Assembly (NCBI GenBank): GCA_965277805.1
Contig: OZ255842.1
Span: forward strand, 3,072,001 to 3,136,000
Direction: 5' to 3'
Source of the DNA: Candidatus Lustribacter sp.
Lineage (GTDB): Bacteria > Vulcanimicrobiota > Vulcanimicrobiia > Vulcanimicrobiales > Vulcanimicrobiaceae
Length of the DNA stretch: 64,000 nt
This document shows positions 36,905-46,796 of the stretch, in pieces. Numbering within the stretch: position 1 is the stretch's first letter; each line of letters starts with the position of its first letter. Both the position numbers and the translations under genes were made by a program. A model generated the notes under the pieces. That model had not been told where the DNA came from. It saw only the letters and a list, made by a program, of their open reading frames with translations, and did not search any database.

Positions 36905-36942
36905 CGCAACGCCCGCACGCGCAGCCGGTTTATGCGAACGTT

Positions 36943-38166
36943 ATGTCCGCGATAAGCCGGCGCTTTGCACCATCGGTTTCACATGCGGTGGCCGGCGCAG
37001 GACTTTCGCCGGCGCTGACGTTCGTCTTCGCGCTTGCCGCGGGGGCGCTCGTCGCCAATGTGTACTACGCGCAGGCGCTGATCACGGTGATCAGCCCCGC
37101 GCTCGGGATACCGCTGCACTTTGCGGGTGCGATCGTCACGGTGACGCAGCTCGGGTACGCTGCGGGACTGATCTTCCTCGTCTCGCTAGCCGACCTGATC
37201 GAGAATCGCCGGCTCATTCTCCTCTGCGTTGCCGGAACCGTGGCCGGCCTCATCGGCACGATGCTTGCGCAAAATGCGGTATCGTTCATGATCGCCTCGG
37301 CCGTGGCCGGCGTGTGCTCGGTCGGCGCGCAGATCATTATCCCGTTCGCGGCAACGATGGCGAAAGACGAGCAGCGCGGGAGCGTGATCGGCAACGTCAT
37401 GGGCGGTTTGATCGCCGGCATCATGCTCGCGCGGCCCGCGGCAAACTTCATCGCCTCGGCCTTCGGCTGGCGAGCGGTGTTCGGTACCGCGGCCGCGCTC
37501 GCCGTCGTAATCTTCGCCGTGCTGTGGCTGTGGCTGCCGCGCCGGATTCCACTCTCGGAATTGAGCTACGGCGGCATCTTGAAATCATCGCTTGCAATGC
37601 TGCGCGTTCATCCGGCGCTGCGCCGGCGCGCGCTCTATCAGAGCGTGATGTTCGGCATCTTCAGTTTGTTCTGGACTGCGGTACCCTTCGTGCTCACGCA
37701 ACGCTTCGGCTTCGATCAGCGCGGGATCGCGTTGTTCGCGCTGGCCGGTGCGGGCGGTGCGCTCTCGGCACCGATCGCAGGACGGCTCGCCGACCGCGGC
37801 TTCACGCGCGTCGCCACGGCCGGAGCGATTTCGACCGCGGTCGTCGCGTTTCTCATCGCCGGCTGGGCCGGCGTGGCCGGCGCGGTCGTCATCCTGGCGC
37901 TTGCAGCGATCGTGCTCGACGCGGCCGCCCAAGCCAATCAGATCATTAGTCAGCGCGTGATCTACAACCTCGACCCGCACGCGCGCGGCCGCATCAACGC
38001 GATCTACATGACGTGCCTTTTCATCGCCGCGGCCATCGGTTCGCTGCTGGCCGGTGCAACCTACGCGGGCGGCGGCTGGATCGCGACCACGCTTACCGGC
38101 GCCGGACTCGCCGCCGCCGTGCTCGCGGCATTCGCAACCGAACGCGTTGAAGGACCCGGACCGTAA
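36943..38166 (+). CDS. MFS transporter
   Basis: About 12 TM helices; 'ANVYYAQ', 'TQLGYAAGL', 'GRLADRG'. Confidence 0.9.
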   Translation: MSAISRRFAPSVSHAVAGAGLSPALTFVFALAAGALVANVYYAQALITVISPALGIPLHFAGAIVTVTQLGYAAGLIFLVSLADLIENRRLILLCVAGTVAGLIGTMLAQNAVSFMIASAVAGVCSVGAQIIIPFAATMAKDEQRGSVIGNVMGGLIAGIMLARPAANFIASAFGWRAVFGTAAALAVVIFAVLWLWLPRRIPLSELSYGGILKSSLAMLRVHPALRRRALYQSVMFGIFSLFWTAVPFVLTQRFGFDQRGIALFALAGAGGALSAPIAGRLADRGFTRVATAGAISTAVVAFLIAGWAGVAGAVVILALAAIVLDAAAQANQIISQRVIYNLDPHARGRINAIYMTCLFIAAAIGSLLAGATYAGGGWIATTLTGAGLAAAVLAAFATERVEGPGP

Positions 38167-38231
38167 GCGTTTCAATTTAAGCGTGATTGCTTGAACGCGA
38201 CGCTCTGCGAACGTCGGCTGGGAGAAAACAC

Positions 38232-39128
38232 ATGTCCATGCAGCACCCGGGACGCCGGCTGCGCGAACTGATCGCACAGCCCAACATCACGTTGATGCCG
38301 GGTGCGTACGACGCTCTCTCGGCACGCATCATCGTCAAGCACGGCTTCGAAGTCATGGTGGCCGGCGGTTACGCCGCAACGGGCACCTTGCTCGGCGAAC
38401 CGGACGTCGGGCAGATGACGATGCACGACTACGTGGATCAGTACGGGCGCATCGCGCAGGCCGTCGAGGTTCCCGTCTTCACCGACGCCGACACCGGCTT
38501 CGGTGGACCGAATAACGTACGCCGCACGGTACGCGCGTTCGAGCGCGCCGGCATCGCGGGCATGTTCGTCGAGGATCAGCAGTCGCCGAAGCGCTGCGGG
38601 TACTTGCCCGGCAAGACGCTCATTCCGGCCGAGCAGATGATTGCGAAGATCAAAGCCGCACTCGATGCGCGCATCGACGACGACTTCTTTTTCGTCGCGC
38701 GCACCGACGCCGCGGCCATCTACGGTCTCGATGAAGCGATCGACCGCGCTCAGCGCTACATGGAGGCGGGCGCCGATATGGTGCTCTTGCAAGGCGCCGA
38801 CGAACCCGACGATTTCCGGCGCGTGATGCGTGAGGTCCCCGGACCGCGCTTTGCCAACATGTCGAATGCGCGCGGCAAGGTCGCGACGACGATCGCCGAG
38901 CTGGAAAAGCTCGGCGCGTCGGTCGTGTCGTTTCCCTCACTCCCGCTCTACGCGGCCGCAACCGCGGTCGACCGGGCGATGGAAGCGCTCGCGCGCATGC
39001 GCTCGCTCACCGGCATCGTGGACGATCTCATGACGGTCGACGACTACAACAAGATCGTCGGGCTCGACGAGCACAACGAACGCGAGCGCCGCTACGACGA
39101 GGCCGCCGCGTTGCTCGCGAAAGCGTGA
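38232..39128 (+). CDS. isocitrate lyase/PEP mutase family (PrpB/oxaloacetate hydrolase-like)
   Basis: 'PGAYDALSA', 'DADTGFGG', 'EDQQSPKRCG', 'VARTDA'. Confidence 0.88.
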   Translation: MSMQHPGRRLRELIAQPNITLMPGAYDALSARIIVKHGFEVMVAGGYAATGTLLGEPDVGQMTMHDYVDQYGRIAQAVEVPVFTDADTGFGGPNNVRRTVRAFERAGIAGMFVEDQQSPKRCGYLPGKTLIPAEQMIAKIKAALDARIDDDFFFVARTDAAAIYGLDEAIDRAQRYMEAGADMVLLQGADEPDDFRRVMREVPGPRFANMSNARGKVATTIAELEKLGASVVSFPSLPLYAAATAVDRAMEALARMRSLTGIVDDLMTVDDYNKIVGLDEHNERERRYDEAAALLAKA

Positions 39129-40246
39129 GCATCGGCGTCACCGGCCTCCGCAAGTCGTTCGGCGACGTTTCCGTCGTCCATGGAATCGACTTGCACGTCG
39201 ATGACGGCAAGATGCTGGTGCTGCTCGGACCGTCGGGATGCGGGAAGACGACGACGATGCGCTGCATCGCCGGCTTGGATACGCCCGAGGCCGGCCGTAT
39301 CTCGATCGGCGACAAGGTCGTCTTCGATAGCGCGACGGGCGTGAACGTTTCCGCCGACAAGCGCAATGTCGGAATGGTCTTCCAGTCCTACGCGATTTGG
39401 CCGCACATGACCGTCTACCAGAACGTCGCCTTTTCGCTCGACATCGCGCGCACGCCGCGCGCCGAAACGAAAGCCCGGGTTGAGGCGATGCTCGAGCTGG
39501 TCGGGCTGCGCGATTTGGGCGCGCGCGGCGCGAGCCAGTTGAGCGGCGGCCAGATGCAGCGCGTCGCGCTCGCGCGCAGCCTCGTGACCAACCCGTCGGT
39601 GCTGCTGCTCGACGAACCGCTGAGCAACCTCGACGCGCGATTGCGCGACTACCTGCGCGTACAGCTGCGCGAGATTCAGACGAGCCTCAAGATCACCGCC
39701 CTTTACGTCACGCACGATCAGCATGAGGCGCTCGCGCTGGCCGACGACATCGTGGTGCTGGAAGCCGGCGAAGTACTGCAGCGCGGCGCGCCGATGGAGA
39801 TGTACTATGCGCCGAGCAGCAGCGCCGTCGCGCAGTTTCTGGGCTACAGCAACATCTTCGATGCGACCGTCCGCCGGCGCGAAGGTTCGGCCTGCGATAC
39901 GGTGCTCGATACGTGCGGCTTACCGGTGAAGGGCACCAGCGGAACGTCCGTGGCGCCGGAGAGCGCCGCCGTGTGCGTGCGGCCCAACGATATCCGCTTG
40001 ACGCCGGTTCCGTCGAATACGGCGGCGAGCGACTTGCCGGAAAACACGTATCTGGCCGAGGTCATCTTCTCGAGTTTCGAGGGAACCCAGGTCCACTACC
40101 GCGCCCGTACCGACGGCGGCACGATCTGGGACATCGTGAGCCCCGACGTTGCGGGAACGATCGTCATGGGCACGCAGGCGCTCGTGCACGTCGCTGCGGA
40201 CCGCGTCTTGGTCTTACCGCGCACGCGCAGCGACACAGCCGGATAA
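39125..40246 (+). CDS. ABC ATP-binding protein (Fe3+/polyamine type)
   Basis: 'GPSGCGKTT', 'VFQSYAIWPHM', 'LSGGQMQR', 'LLDEPLSNLD'. Confidence 0.92.
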   Translation: MSIGVTGLRKSFGDVSVVHGIDLHVDDGKMLVLLGPSGCGKTTTMRCIAGLDTPEAGRISIGDKVVFDSATGVNVSADKRNVGMVFQSYAIWPHMTVYQNVAFSLDIARTPRAETKARVEAMLELVGLRDLGARGASQLSGGQMQRVALARSLVTNPSVLLLDEPLSNLDARLRDYLRVQLREIQTSLKITALYVTHDQHEALALADDIVVLEAGEVLQRGAPMEMYYAPSSSAVAQFLGYSNIFDATVRRREGSACDTVLDTCGLPVKGTSGTSVAPESAAVCVRPNDIRLTPVPSNTAASDLPENTYLAEVIFSSFEGTQVHYRARTDGGTIWDIVSPDVAGTIVMGTQALVHVAADRVLVLPRTRSDTAG

Positions 40247-41931
40247 TGCGGGCTACCCTCGCAAAGTTCACGGTTCCGGCGGTGCTCTACGTCGTGCTCG
40301 GCGTGCTCGTCGTCATCCCGATCGTGATGATCCTGGCCGCATCGTTCTTGAACGTGCCGCCCTTCAGCGGAGCCGGCGCACTCGCGGTGACGGCCGCCAA
40401 TTACGGACAGCTTTGGAACGCCAGCATCGGCATGGCCGCGTTCAACACGTTCACGATCGCGCTCGGCGGATCGGCGCTCGCGCTCGTCATCGGCTGCGGT
40501 CTCGCCTGGCTTGCCGCACGCACGGATGTCGCCGCACCGTCGTTCGTCTATCTCGCCGGGATCATGCCGCTCTTCGTGTCGGTCCTCGTCGCGGCAGCAG
40601 CGTGGTCGTCGCTGGCATCGGGGCACTCCGGCTACATCAACCTGTTGCTCACCGGCATGGGCATCCCATGGCACGTCGACGTTGAATCGCGCACCGGCAT
40701 CGCGTTCATCTTCGGTTTGTATTATGCGCCGTATCCGTTTCTCTTTATGTACGGTGCGCTGACGCTGGTCCACTCCGATATGGAGGAGGCGGCAGCGCTC
40801 GGCGGCGCATCGATCGTCACGACGTTGCGGAAGATCACGTTCCCGCTCGTCAAGCCCGCGCTGCTCGGAGCGATGCTGCTCGTCTTCGCGCTCATGGCCG
40901 AGGACTTTCCGGTGCCGGAATTACTCGGGCAGCCGGTCGGGATCCAAACGCTCTCGGTTGCCATCTACAACCTGATGACGCACACCCCGACGCAGCAAAA
41001 TGCGGCGAGCGCGTTGAGCGTGCTGTTGATGTGCGTGACGGCGGTGTTCGTCTTCATGCAGCGCCGCCTGCTCGGCGGCAACGACTACCGCACCGTAACG
41101 GGCAAAGGCATGCAAACGCGCCGCTTCCGGCTCGGCTGGGCACGCAATTTCGCGTTCGCCGGCGTGATCGTGTACGTGGTCGTCGCGATGGTACTGCCCG
41201 GGTTCGCCTTGCTCGAGGGCACGTTCCGCACGAATTTGTACATCGCGGATGTCGGCGCGCTGTTTTCACCCGCCGGCCTCAGCTTCGCCCCGCTCGTCGC
41301 GGCCGTAACCGACCCGGTCGTCCTGAGCGGCGCACTCAACAGCTTCGGCTCCGGGCTCGGTGCGGCGCTCGTGGGCACCGCGATCTTCTTCAGCATCGCC
41401 TACGTCGTGCATCGTACGAAGTTGCCGGGCCGCGCCCCGCTCGAATATCTGGCCACAATCCCGGTCGCGATTCCCGCGCTGGTGCTCGGCATCGGCATCT
41501 TGTGGACGTGGCTCGCCTCGCCGTTGCCCGTCTACGGCACCCTGACGCTGCTCTCGATCGGCTACATCGCGCGCTTTCTGCCGCAAGGCTATCGGGCGGT
41601 TGCCTCGAGCATGATGCAAGTCCACGACGACCTCGAACACGCAGCGCAGATCGGCGGCGCGAGCCGTCCGCAGATCCTCTGGCACATCATGCTGCCCCTG
41701 ATCCGTGACGGCGTCGCCTCATCGATTTTCATCGTGTTCATTCTTTCGCTGCGCGAACTCACGGCGTCGCTCTTCCTCTACACGACGAACACGCGCACCC
41801 TCGCGATCGTCATCTACGAGAAGTACATCTCCGGCAGCTGGTCGCAGGTTGCGTCGATCAGCGTCCTCTTTACCATCGCGCTGGCGCTGGTGACGCTGGG
41901 CGGCCGGCGCTGGCTTCAGAACCGGGTCTAA
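40246..41931 (+). CDS. ABC permease (FbpB/AfuB-type, two modules)
   Basis: TAATG overlap; two EAA-like loops ('MEEAAALGGAS', 'LEHAAQIGGAS'). Confidence 0.9.
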   Translation: MRATLAKFTVPAVLYVVLGVLVVIPIVMILAASFLNVPPFSGAGALAVTAANYGQLWNASIGMAAFNTFTIALGGSALALVIGCGLAWLAARTDVAAPSFVYLAGIMPLFVSVLVAAAAWSSLASGHSGYINLLLTGMGIPWHVDVESRTGIAFIFGLYYAPYPFLFMYGALTLVHSDMEEAAALGGASIVTTLRKITFPLVKPALLGAMLLVFALMAEDFPVPELLGQPVGIQTLSVAIYNLMTHTPTQQNAASALSVLLMCVTAVFVFMQRRLLGGNDYRTVTGKGMQTRRFRLGWARNFAFAGVIVYVVVAMVLPGFALLEGTFRTNLYIADVGALFSPAGLSFAPLVAAVTDPVVLSGALNSFGSGLGAALVGTAIFFSIAYVVHRTKLPGRAPLEYLATIPVAIPALVLGIGILWTWLASPLPVYGTLTLLSIGYIARFLPQGYRAVASSMMQVHDDLEHAAQIGGASRPQILWHIMLPLIRDGVASSIFIVFILSLRELTASLFLYTTNTRTLAIVIYEKYISGSWSQVASISVLFTIALALVTLGGRRWLQNRV

Positions 41932-41948
41932 GAACGGGGAGTGCCACC

Positions 41949-43013
41949 TTGACGAGAGTTCGTGCCCGTCTGCTGGGCGCGTGTTTGTGCGCTTTCGCAT
42001 TGCTATCGGGCCCGAGCACGGTCTCGGCCGCATCCGGCGGTCTCGTCTTCGACGGCGTACAGATTGCCGACGCTCCGCTCCTCGATGCGGCGAAGAAGGA
42101 AGGCAAACTGCTCCTGTATGCCACGTTCGAGACGCACGGCATGGCGGAACTCGTTGCGAAGTTCCAAGCCGATACCGGATTATCGGTCGACGTCATCCGT
42201 TTGCCGTCGGCCGAAATGTTTGCCCGGGCCACGAGCGAATTTGCCGCGCATCGTTTGTCTGCCGACTACGTCGATACGACGGACCTGACCCTCACGCAGC
42301 AGCTGGCGGATCGCGGCATCCTAACCGCCTACAAAGTGCCGGATTTCAGCACACTGGAGCCGGCACTGCGCGAGAGCAACGGCAAGTGGTATACGCTGTG
42401 GCGTTCGATGATGGCGATCGGGGTGAATACCGCACAGGTGAAACCCGCCGATCTGCCCTCGCAGTGGACCGACATACTGGATCCGAAGTGGAAGGGCAAA
42501 ATCGAACTCGAGAACATCGACGCCGGCGGCAGCTCGTTCAGCTTCTGGTTCTTCTTCCGCCAGCGCTACGGCCTCGACGCCTGGCGCAAGGCCGCAGCGC
42601 AGAACCCGCGCATCGGATATGCGGCGCAGCCCGTCGCGATCGACCTTGCCCGTGGCGAAGCGGCGATCGTGGTCACCCCGGTTGAGTCGATCATGACGCA
42701 AATCGCCGCGGGTGCTCCGCTCAAGGTGATTCTGCCGCCGGGCGGTCCGGCGTTCGGGATCTCGGGCGGCATCACGAGCGTCGCGCCGCATCCGCATGCG
42801 GCGCAAGTGTGGATGAACTGGATGACCAGCAAGCACGCGAGCGCGGTATTGGCCGCGGCCGGCGCCTATTCGCTCCGGCGCGGCGCCTCAACGCCATCGG
42901 TTCCCGGCGTAGCGATGCCTCCGGCAAGCAGTGTCTACAATATTCGCGTCTCCGACTACTTGAAATCGTATGTTCCACAAGTCAAGGAATGGCACGGAAT
43001 CTTCGCGCACTGA
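41949..43013 (+). CDS. AfuA/FbpA-type extracellular solute-binding protein
   Basis: 'AAKKEGKLLLY', 'WTDILDPKWKG', 'APHPHAAQVWMNW'. Confidence 0.88.
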   Translation: MTRVRARLLGACLCAFALLSGPSTVSAASGGLVFDGVQIADAPLLDAAKKEGKLLLYATFETHGMAELVAKFQADTGLSVDVIRLPSAEMFARATSEFAAHRLSADYVDTTDLTLTQQLADRGILTAYKVPDFSTLEPALRESNGKWYTLWRSMMAIGVNTAQVKPADLPSQWTDILDPKWKGKIELENIDAGGSSFSFWFFFRQRYGLDAWRKAAAQNPRIGYAAQPVAIDLARGEAAIVVTPVESIMTQIAAGAPLKVILPPGGPAFGISGGITSVAPHPHAAQVWMNWMTSKHASAVLAAAGAYSLRRGASTPSVPGVAMPPASSVYNIRVSDYLKSYVPQVKEWHGIFAH

Positions 43014-43019
43014 TAACAG

Positions 43020-44081
43020 ATGAATAGACGTCATGCGATTCGTGTAGCTTCGTTGTTGTGCGCAGCCGCGCCGCTGCTCTCACCGGGGCAAGCCTCGGCC
43101 GCCGGCGGACTAGCGATTGACGGGGATCAGATTGCCGACGCGTCCCTGTTCGATGCGGCGAAAAAAGAAGGCAAGCTCCTGCTGTATGCAACCTACGAGG
43201 CGCACGGCATGGGACTGATCGTCGACAAGTTCAAGGCCGATACGGGCCTCGCCGTCGACGTCATTCGCCTGCCGTCGGCCGAGATGTTCGACCGCGCGAC
43301 GGCCGAATTTTCGACGCATCGTTTGGCCGCCGACTACGTCGACACGACCGACGTCACGTTGACGCAAAAACTCGCTGATCGCGGAATTCTAACCGGCTAC
43401 AAAGTACCGGAGTTCGGCAACCTCGAGCCGGTGCTGCGCGACGGCGGCGGCAAGTGGTACAACATCCTGCGCTCGGTGATGTCGATCGGCGTCAACACGG
43501 CGCTGGTGAAGCCGGCCGACATGCCGTCCAAGTGGACCGACATCCTCGATCCGAAATGGAAAGAGAAGATCAGCTTCGCCAACATCGACGCCGGCGGAAC
43601 GTCCTTCAGCTTCTGGTTCTTTCTGCGTCAGCGCTACGGACTCGACGCGTGGCGCAAGGCAGCGGCGCAAAACCCGCGCATCGGCTATTCCGCGCAGCCC
43701 GTTGCGACCGACCTCGCGCGCGGCGAATCCGCAATCGTCGTCGACCCGATCGAATCGATGATCGCCGGCATCGCTGCCGGCTCACCGATCAAGATCGTGC
43801 TGCCCACCGGCGGACCGGCGTACGGCATCTTCGGCGGCATCACGAGCGTTGCACCGCATCCACACGCCGCCCAAGTGTGGATGAACTGGATTACCAGCAA
43901 ACGCGGCGCCACGGTGCTATCATCGATCGGTTCGTACTCGATTCGCCGCGACGCACCGGCCGCGGTCGTTCCCGGCGTCGCGATGCCGCCATCGAGCAGC
44001 CTGTATAACATTCGCTCGTCCGACTACGCGAAATCGTACGTGCCATTCGTCAAAGACTGGCACGCGATGTTCAACCACTAG
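43020..44081 (+). CDS. AfuA/FbpA-type solute-binding protein, tandem paralog
   Basis: Same motifs as 41949..43013 with long identical stretches. Confidence 0.88.
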   Translation: MNRRHAIRVASLLCAAAPLLSPGQASAAGGLAIDGDQIADASLFDAAKKEGKLLLYATYEAHGMGLIVDKFKADTGLAVDVIRLPSAEMFDRATAEFSTHRLAADYVDTTDVTLTQKLADRGILTGYKVPEFGNLEPVLRDGGGKWYNILRSVMSIGVNTALVKPADMPSKWTDILDPKWKEKISFANIDAGGTSFSFWFFLRQRYGLDAWRKAAAQNPRIGYSAQPVATDLARGESAIVVDPIESMIAGIAAGSPIKIVLPTGGPAYGIFGGITSVAPHPHAAQVWMNWITSKRGATVLSSIGSYSIRRDAPAAVVPGVAMPPSSSLYNIRSSDYAKSYVPFVKDWHAMFNH

Positions 44082-44097
44082 ACGAGCGTAGCGCGGT

Positions 44098-45057
44098 TCA
44101 GCCTTTCCAGATGAGATCGGTCGCGGGAACGGGCTTCGGGATCAAGCCGTAGCGCGATCCGAGGCTGAGAACCGGCGTCAGCATCGATGCGTCGAGCGTC
44201 GTTCCGTAGACCGCACGAACGATTTTGCTCGCAATTTCGGCCGGCATCTTCGTGTGGCTGGAGAGCATCGCGGCGCTTTCGGCTTGGTGACCGTTGGCCC
44301 ACTCCGATGCTTGCCGCATGATCTCGACGAATTTCTTGGCGGTCGCGCCGTTCTTCGCCAGCCAGTCTTCGGATGCGAACCATCCGAGCAGCAAGAAGCG
44401 CGGCCCGACACCGTCGAACGCGTTACCGATCACCTTGCCGACGTTCGTATCCGACGTACTGAACGGCTCGGTCGGAAAGATGATGTCGACGCGCTTCTCT
44501 TGGAGCGCTCCACCCATCGCGGGGAACGGGACTTCGACGAACTTGACCGTGTTCGAGTCGCCGCCGAATTTGTCGACGTAGCCGCGCGCTTCGATCTCCT
44601 GCAGATCTTTCAAGCCGTTGATCGCGATCAGCTTGCCGTTCATCCCGGCACCCGGCGTAATCGCGGAATCTTGCAAGACCATCACGACGTCGGTCGGTTT
44701 TTGACCAGGGTTCACGACGGCCGCCGGGGCGATCACGCGAAACGGAAGCCCGCGCAAGCGCGCGTTTCCGAGCGTGGCCACATTCGAGATACCGATATCG
44801 ATCGCGCCGCCGGCAACCGCTTGCGCCAGCACCGGTCCGCTGGCCATCACTTGGAATTCAACGGCGAAACCGGCCTTCGTGAACAGGCCGAGGTCTTGCG
44901 CGTAGTACGCGTTGGCCGCAACGTCGACCGGGATGATCCCGATCTTGAGCGGCGTGAGCGACTGACTTCGTACGATCGCCGGAAACCCGGTAACGAGCGC
45001 GGGCGCCGCAACGGCGCCGGCGATAATGCTCATGGCACGTGAACGGTTCATAACCAT
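44098..45057 (-). CDS. NitT/TauT ABC substrate-binding protein
   Basis: 'MNGKLIAINGL...DKFGGDSNTVKFVEVPF'. Confidence 0.85.
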   Translation of the reverse strand: MVMNRSRAMSIIAGAVAAPALVTGFPAIVRSQSLTPLKIGIIPVDVAANAYYAQDLGLFTKAGFAVEFQVMASGPVLAQAVAGGAIDIGISNVATLGNARLRGLPFRVIAPAAVVNPGQKPTDVVMVLQDSAITPGAGMNGKLIAINGLKDLQEIEARGYVDKFGGDSNTVKFVEVPFPAMGGALQEKRVDIIFPTEPFSTSDTNVGKVIGNAFDGVGPRFLLLGWFASEDWLAKNGATAKKFVEIMRQASEWANGHQAESAAMLSSHTKMPAEIASKIVRAVYGTTLDASMLTPVLSLGSRYGLIPKPVPATDLIWKG

Positions 45058-45167
45058 AACGGCTCCCTGTCGAGCATGGTGGAATCGGTTGTCCGAGCAA
45101 TGCAGCCGGTTGGTCGCACGTTCCTTCTCTACATGGTTCGACCACGCGAGACGGCGAACGACCGCGC

Positions 45168-45893
45168 ATGCATACCGATCGCTTCACCGAGCGCGCACGC
45201 GCCTACGCCGCGACGCGGCCGGCGCATCCGCCGGCGGCGATCGACTACGTCCTCGACGGCTTCGGCGACCCGGCCGCCATCAATCTGGCCGATCTCGGGT
45301 CCGGTACGGGGCTCTCATCGCGTCCCTTCGCCGACGCCGGCGCAACGGTGTGGGCCGTCGAGCCGAACGACGGCATGCGCGATGTCGCCGAGCCGCATCC
45401 GCGGATCGTTTCGGTGAACGCTTCGGCCGAGCACACGACGCTCGACGCCGCGTCGATCGATATCGTGACGGCGTGTACGGCGTGGCACTGGTTCGATCAC
45501 GGCGTTGTGGTCGACGAAGTGCGGCGCATTCTCAAACCGCGCGGCCGGCTCGCGATCCTCGAGATCTATTTCGACGAGACCGACGCGTTAACCAAAGCAT
45601 GGCGCGACACGTACTGGCGGTTCGCAACGCGCACGCCGCAGATGCCGGGCAACTTAACCGATCACGCCCTCGCGCTCAATCCGAATGCGGTGACGCGGGC
45701 GGCCTTTCCATTCGCGCAACCGCTCGACCGCGCGGCCCTGCACGTCTACACCGACAGCAACTCGTTCACGCCGACCGATCCGGCTCTTTACAATGCACTG
45801 CACGCCGCGATCGACGCGCTGCTCGACGATCTCGGCTCGCCCGAGCGCGTCGCGCTTCACCGCGTCAGCGACGTTACGCGCATCGAGCGCTGA
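45168..45893 (+). CDS. class I SAM-dependent methyltransferase
   Basis: 'RF..RA..YA..RP', 'ADLGSGTG', 'AVEPN', 'AWHWFD'. Confidence 0.88.
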   Translation: MHTDRFTERARAYAATRPAHPPAAIDYVLDGFGDPAAINLADLGSGTGLSSRPFADAGATVWAVEPNDGMRDVAEPHPRIVSVNASAEHTTLDAASIDIVTACTAWHWFDHGVVVDEVRRILKPRGRLAILEIYFDETDALTKAWRDTYWRFATRTPQMPGNLTDHALALNPNAVTRAAFPFAQPLDRAALHVYTDSNSFTPTDPALYNALHAAIDALLDDLGSPERVALHRVSDVTRIER

Positions 45894-46063
45894 GCACGTA
45901 CGGAGGAGCTAAGAATTTTGTTTAAGTAGTGGTACGACTGGGCAATCGTTACCGGCTGGTGCCGCAGTGGCAGTAGCTGTGCGTGCGTTGGCGTACGCAG
46001 CCTAACAGCACGCAGCTATTCCTCGCGTCCGCATCTAATAGGTCCCGCATGGAGGCTCGGTTC

Positions 46064-46498
46064 ATGGCATCCCATGATCCGATTGGTTCGGACGGCCACG
46101 GCTTTCACATTTCGCTGCCGAACACGGCTGCAGCGGCGTCGCACGCTCGAAGGCAGTTCATCCGTTTCATCGAGCATTTTCGTGTAAGCGCGGACCTCGT
46201 TGCGGACATCGAGGCGGTCGTCGGCGAAGCGCTTGCAAATGCCGCCGAGCACGGCCACAAAAACCACGGTACGATCCGCGTCGAGGGCACTCTCACCAAA
46301 GGGTACCTTGAAGCATCGATCTCGGACGATGGCCCCGGATTCTTCTTACGCGGCCCGGTTTCGGCAGATCATCCGCCGGCGCACTCACCGCGCGGCTACG
46401 GCCTCTTCCTGATCCGGACGTTGGTGGATGAGTTGGAGTTCAGAAATGATGGTCGGACGGTCTGGTTTCGAAAGCGTCTAGAAACGGGTAGCGAGTAG
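46064..46498 (+). CDS. anti-sigma-factor-like ATP-binding protein (HATPase_c_2)
   Basis: GGAGG RBS; 'EALANAAEH', 'DDGPGF', 'RGYGLFLIRTLVD'. Confidence 0.85.
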   Translation: MASHDPIGSDGHGFHISLPNTAAAASHARRQFIRFIEHFRVSADLVADIEAVVGEALANAAEHGHKNHGTIRVEGTLTKGYLEASISDDGPGFFLRGPVSADHPPAHSPRGYGLFLIRTLVDELEFRNDGRTVWFRKRLETGSE

Positions 46499-46504
46499 GC
46501 AAGA

Positions 46505-46783
46505 ATGAGCCAAGAAGACGATCCGGGGTCTCAAAGCAACCCCGCCTCAAACAAGAAAACTGAAGCGATTTATTCGCTACGCGAGGCTGCTGAAGCCAAG
46601 GCCCTCGCTGAAGTGAAAGCTGAGGCAAATCCAACGCCCGCGGCACGCGATGCGCTTCTCGAGGCGCGGCTCGAACTCGAAGCCAAGACTCAGGATGCAG
46701 TCGAGGCTTGCCACGAATGCGGTCACACCCATGCGGCGGATGCACCACACTACGTCGATAACGTTGTTCCCTTTAAGAAATAA
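46505..46783 (+). CDS. hypothetical protein with C-terminal CxxCxH motif
   Basis: Helical N-part followed by 'CHECGHTH'. Confidence 0.6.
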   Translation: MSQEDDPGSQSNPASNKKTEAIYSLREAAEAKALAEVKAEANPTPAARDALLEARLELEAKTQDAVEACHECGHTHAADAPHYVDNVVPFKK

Positions 46784-46796
46784 CGGATAGCGGCCG

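Noticed and set aside
45957-45964. TGGTGCCG as another tRNA 3'-end att scar
   Set aside because: Only 8 nt, with no match to the tRNA-Thr flank or T-arm.
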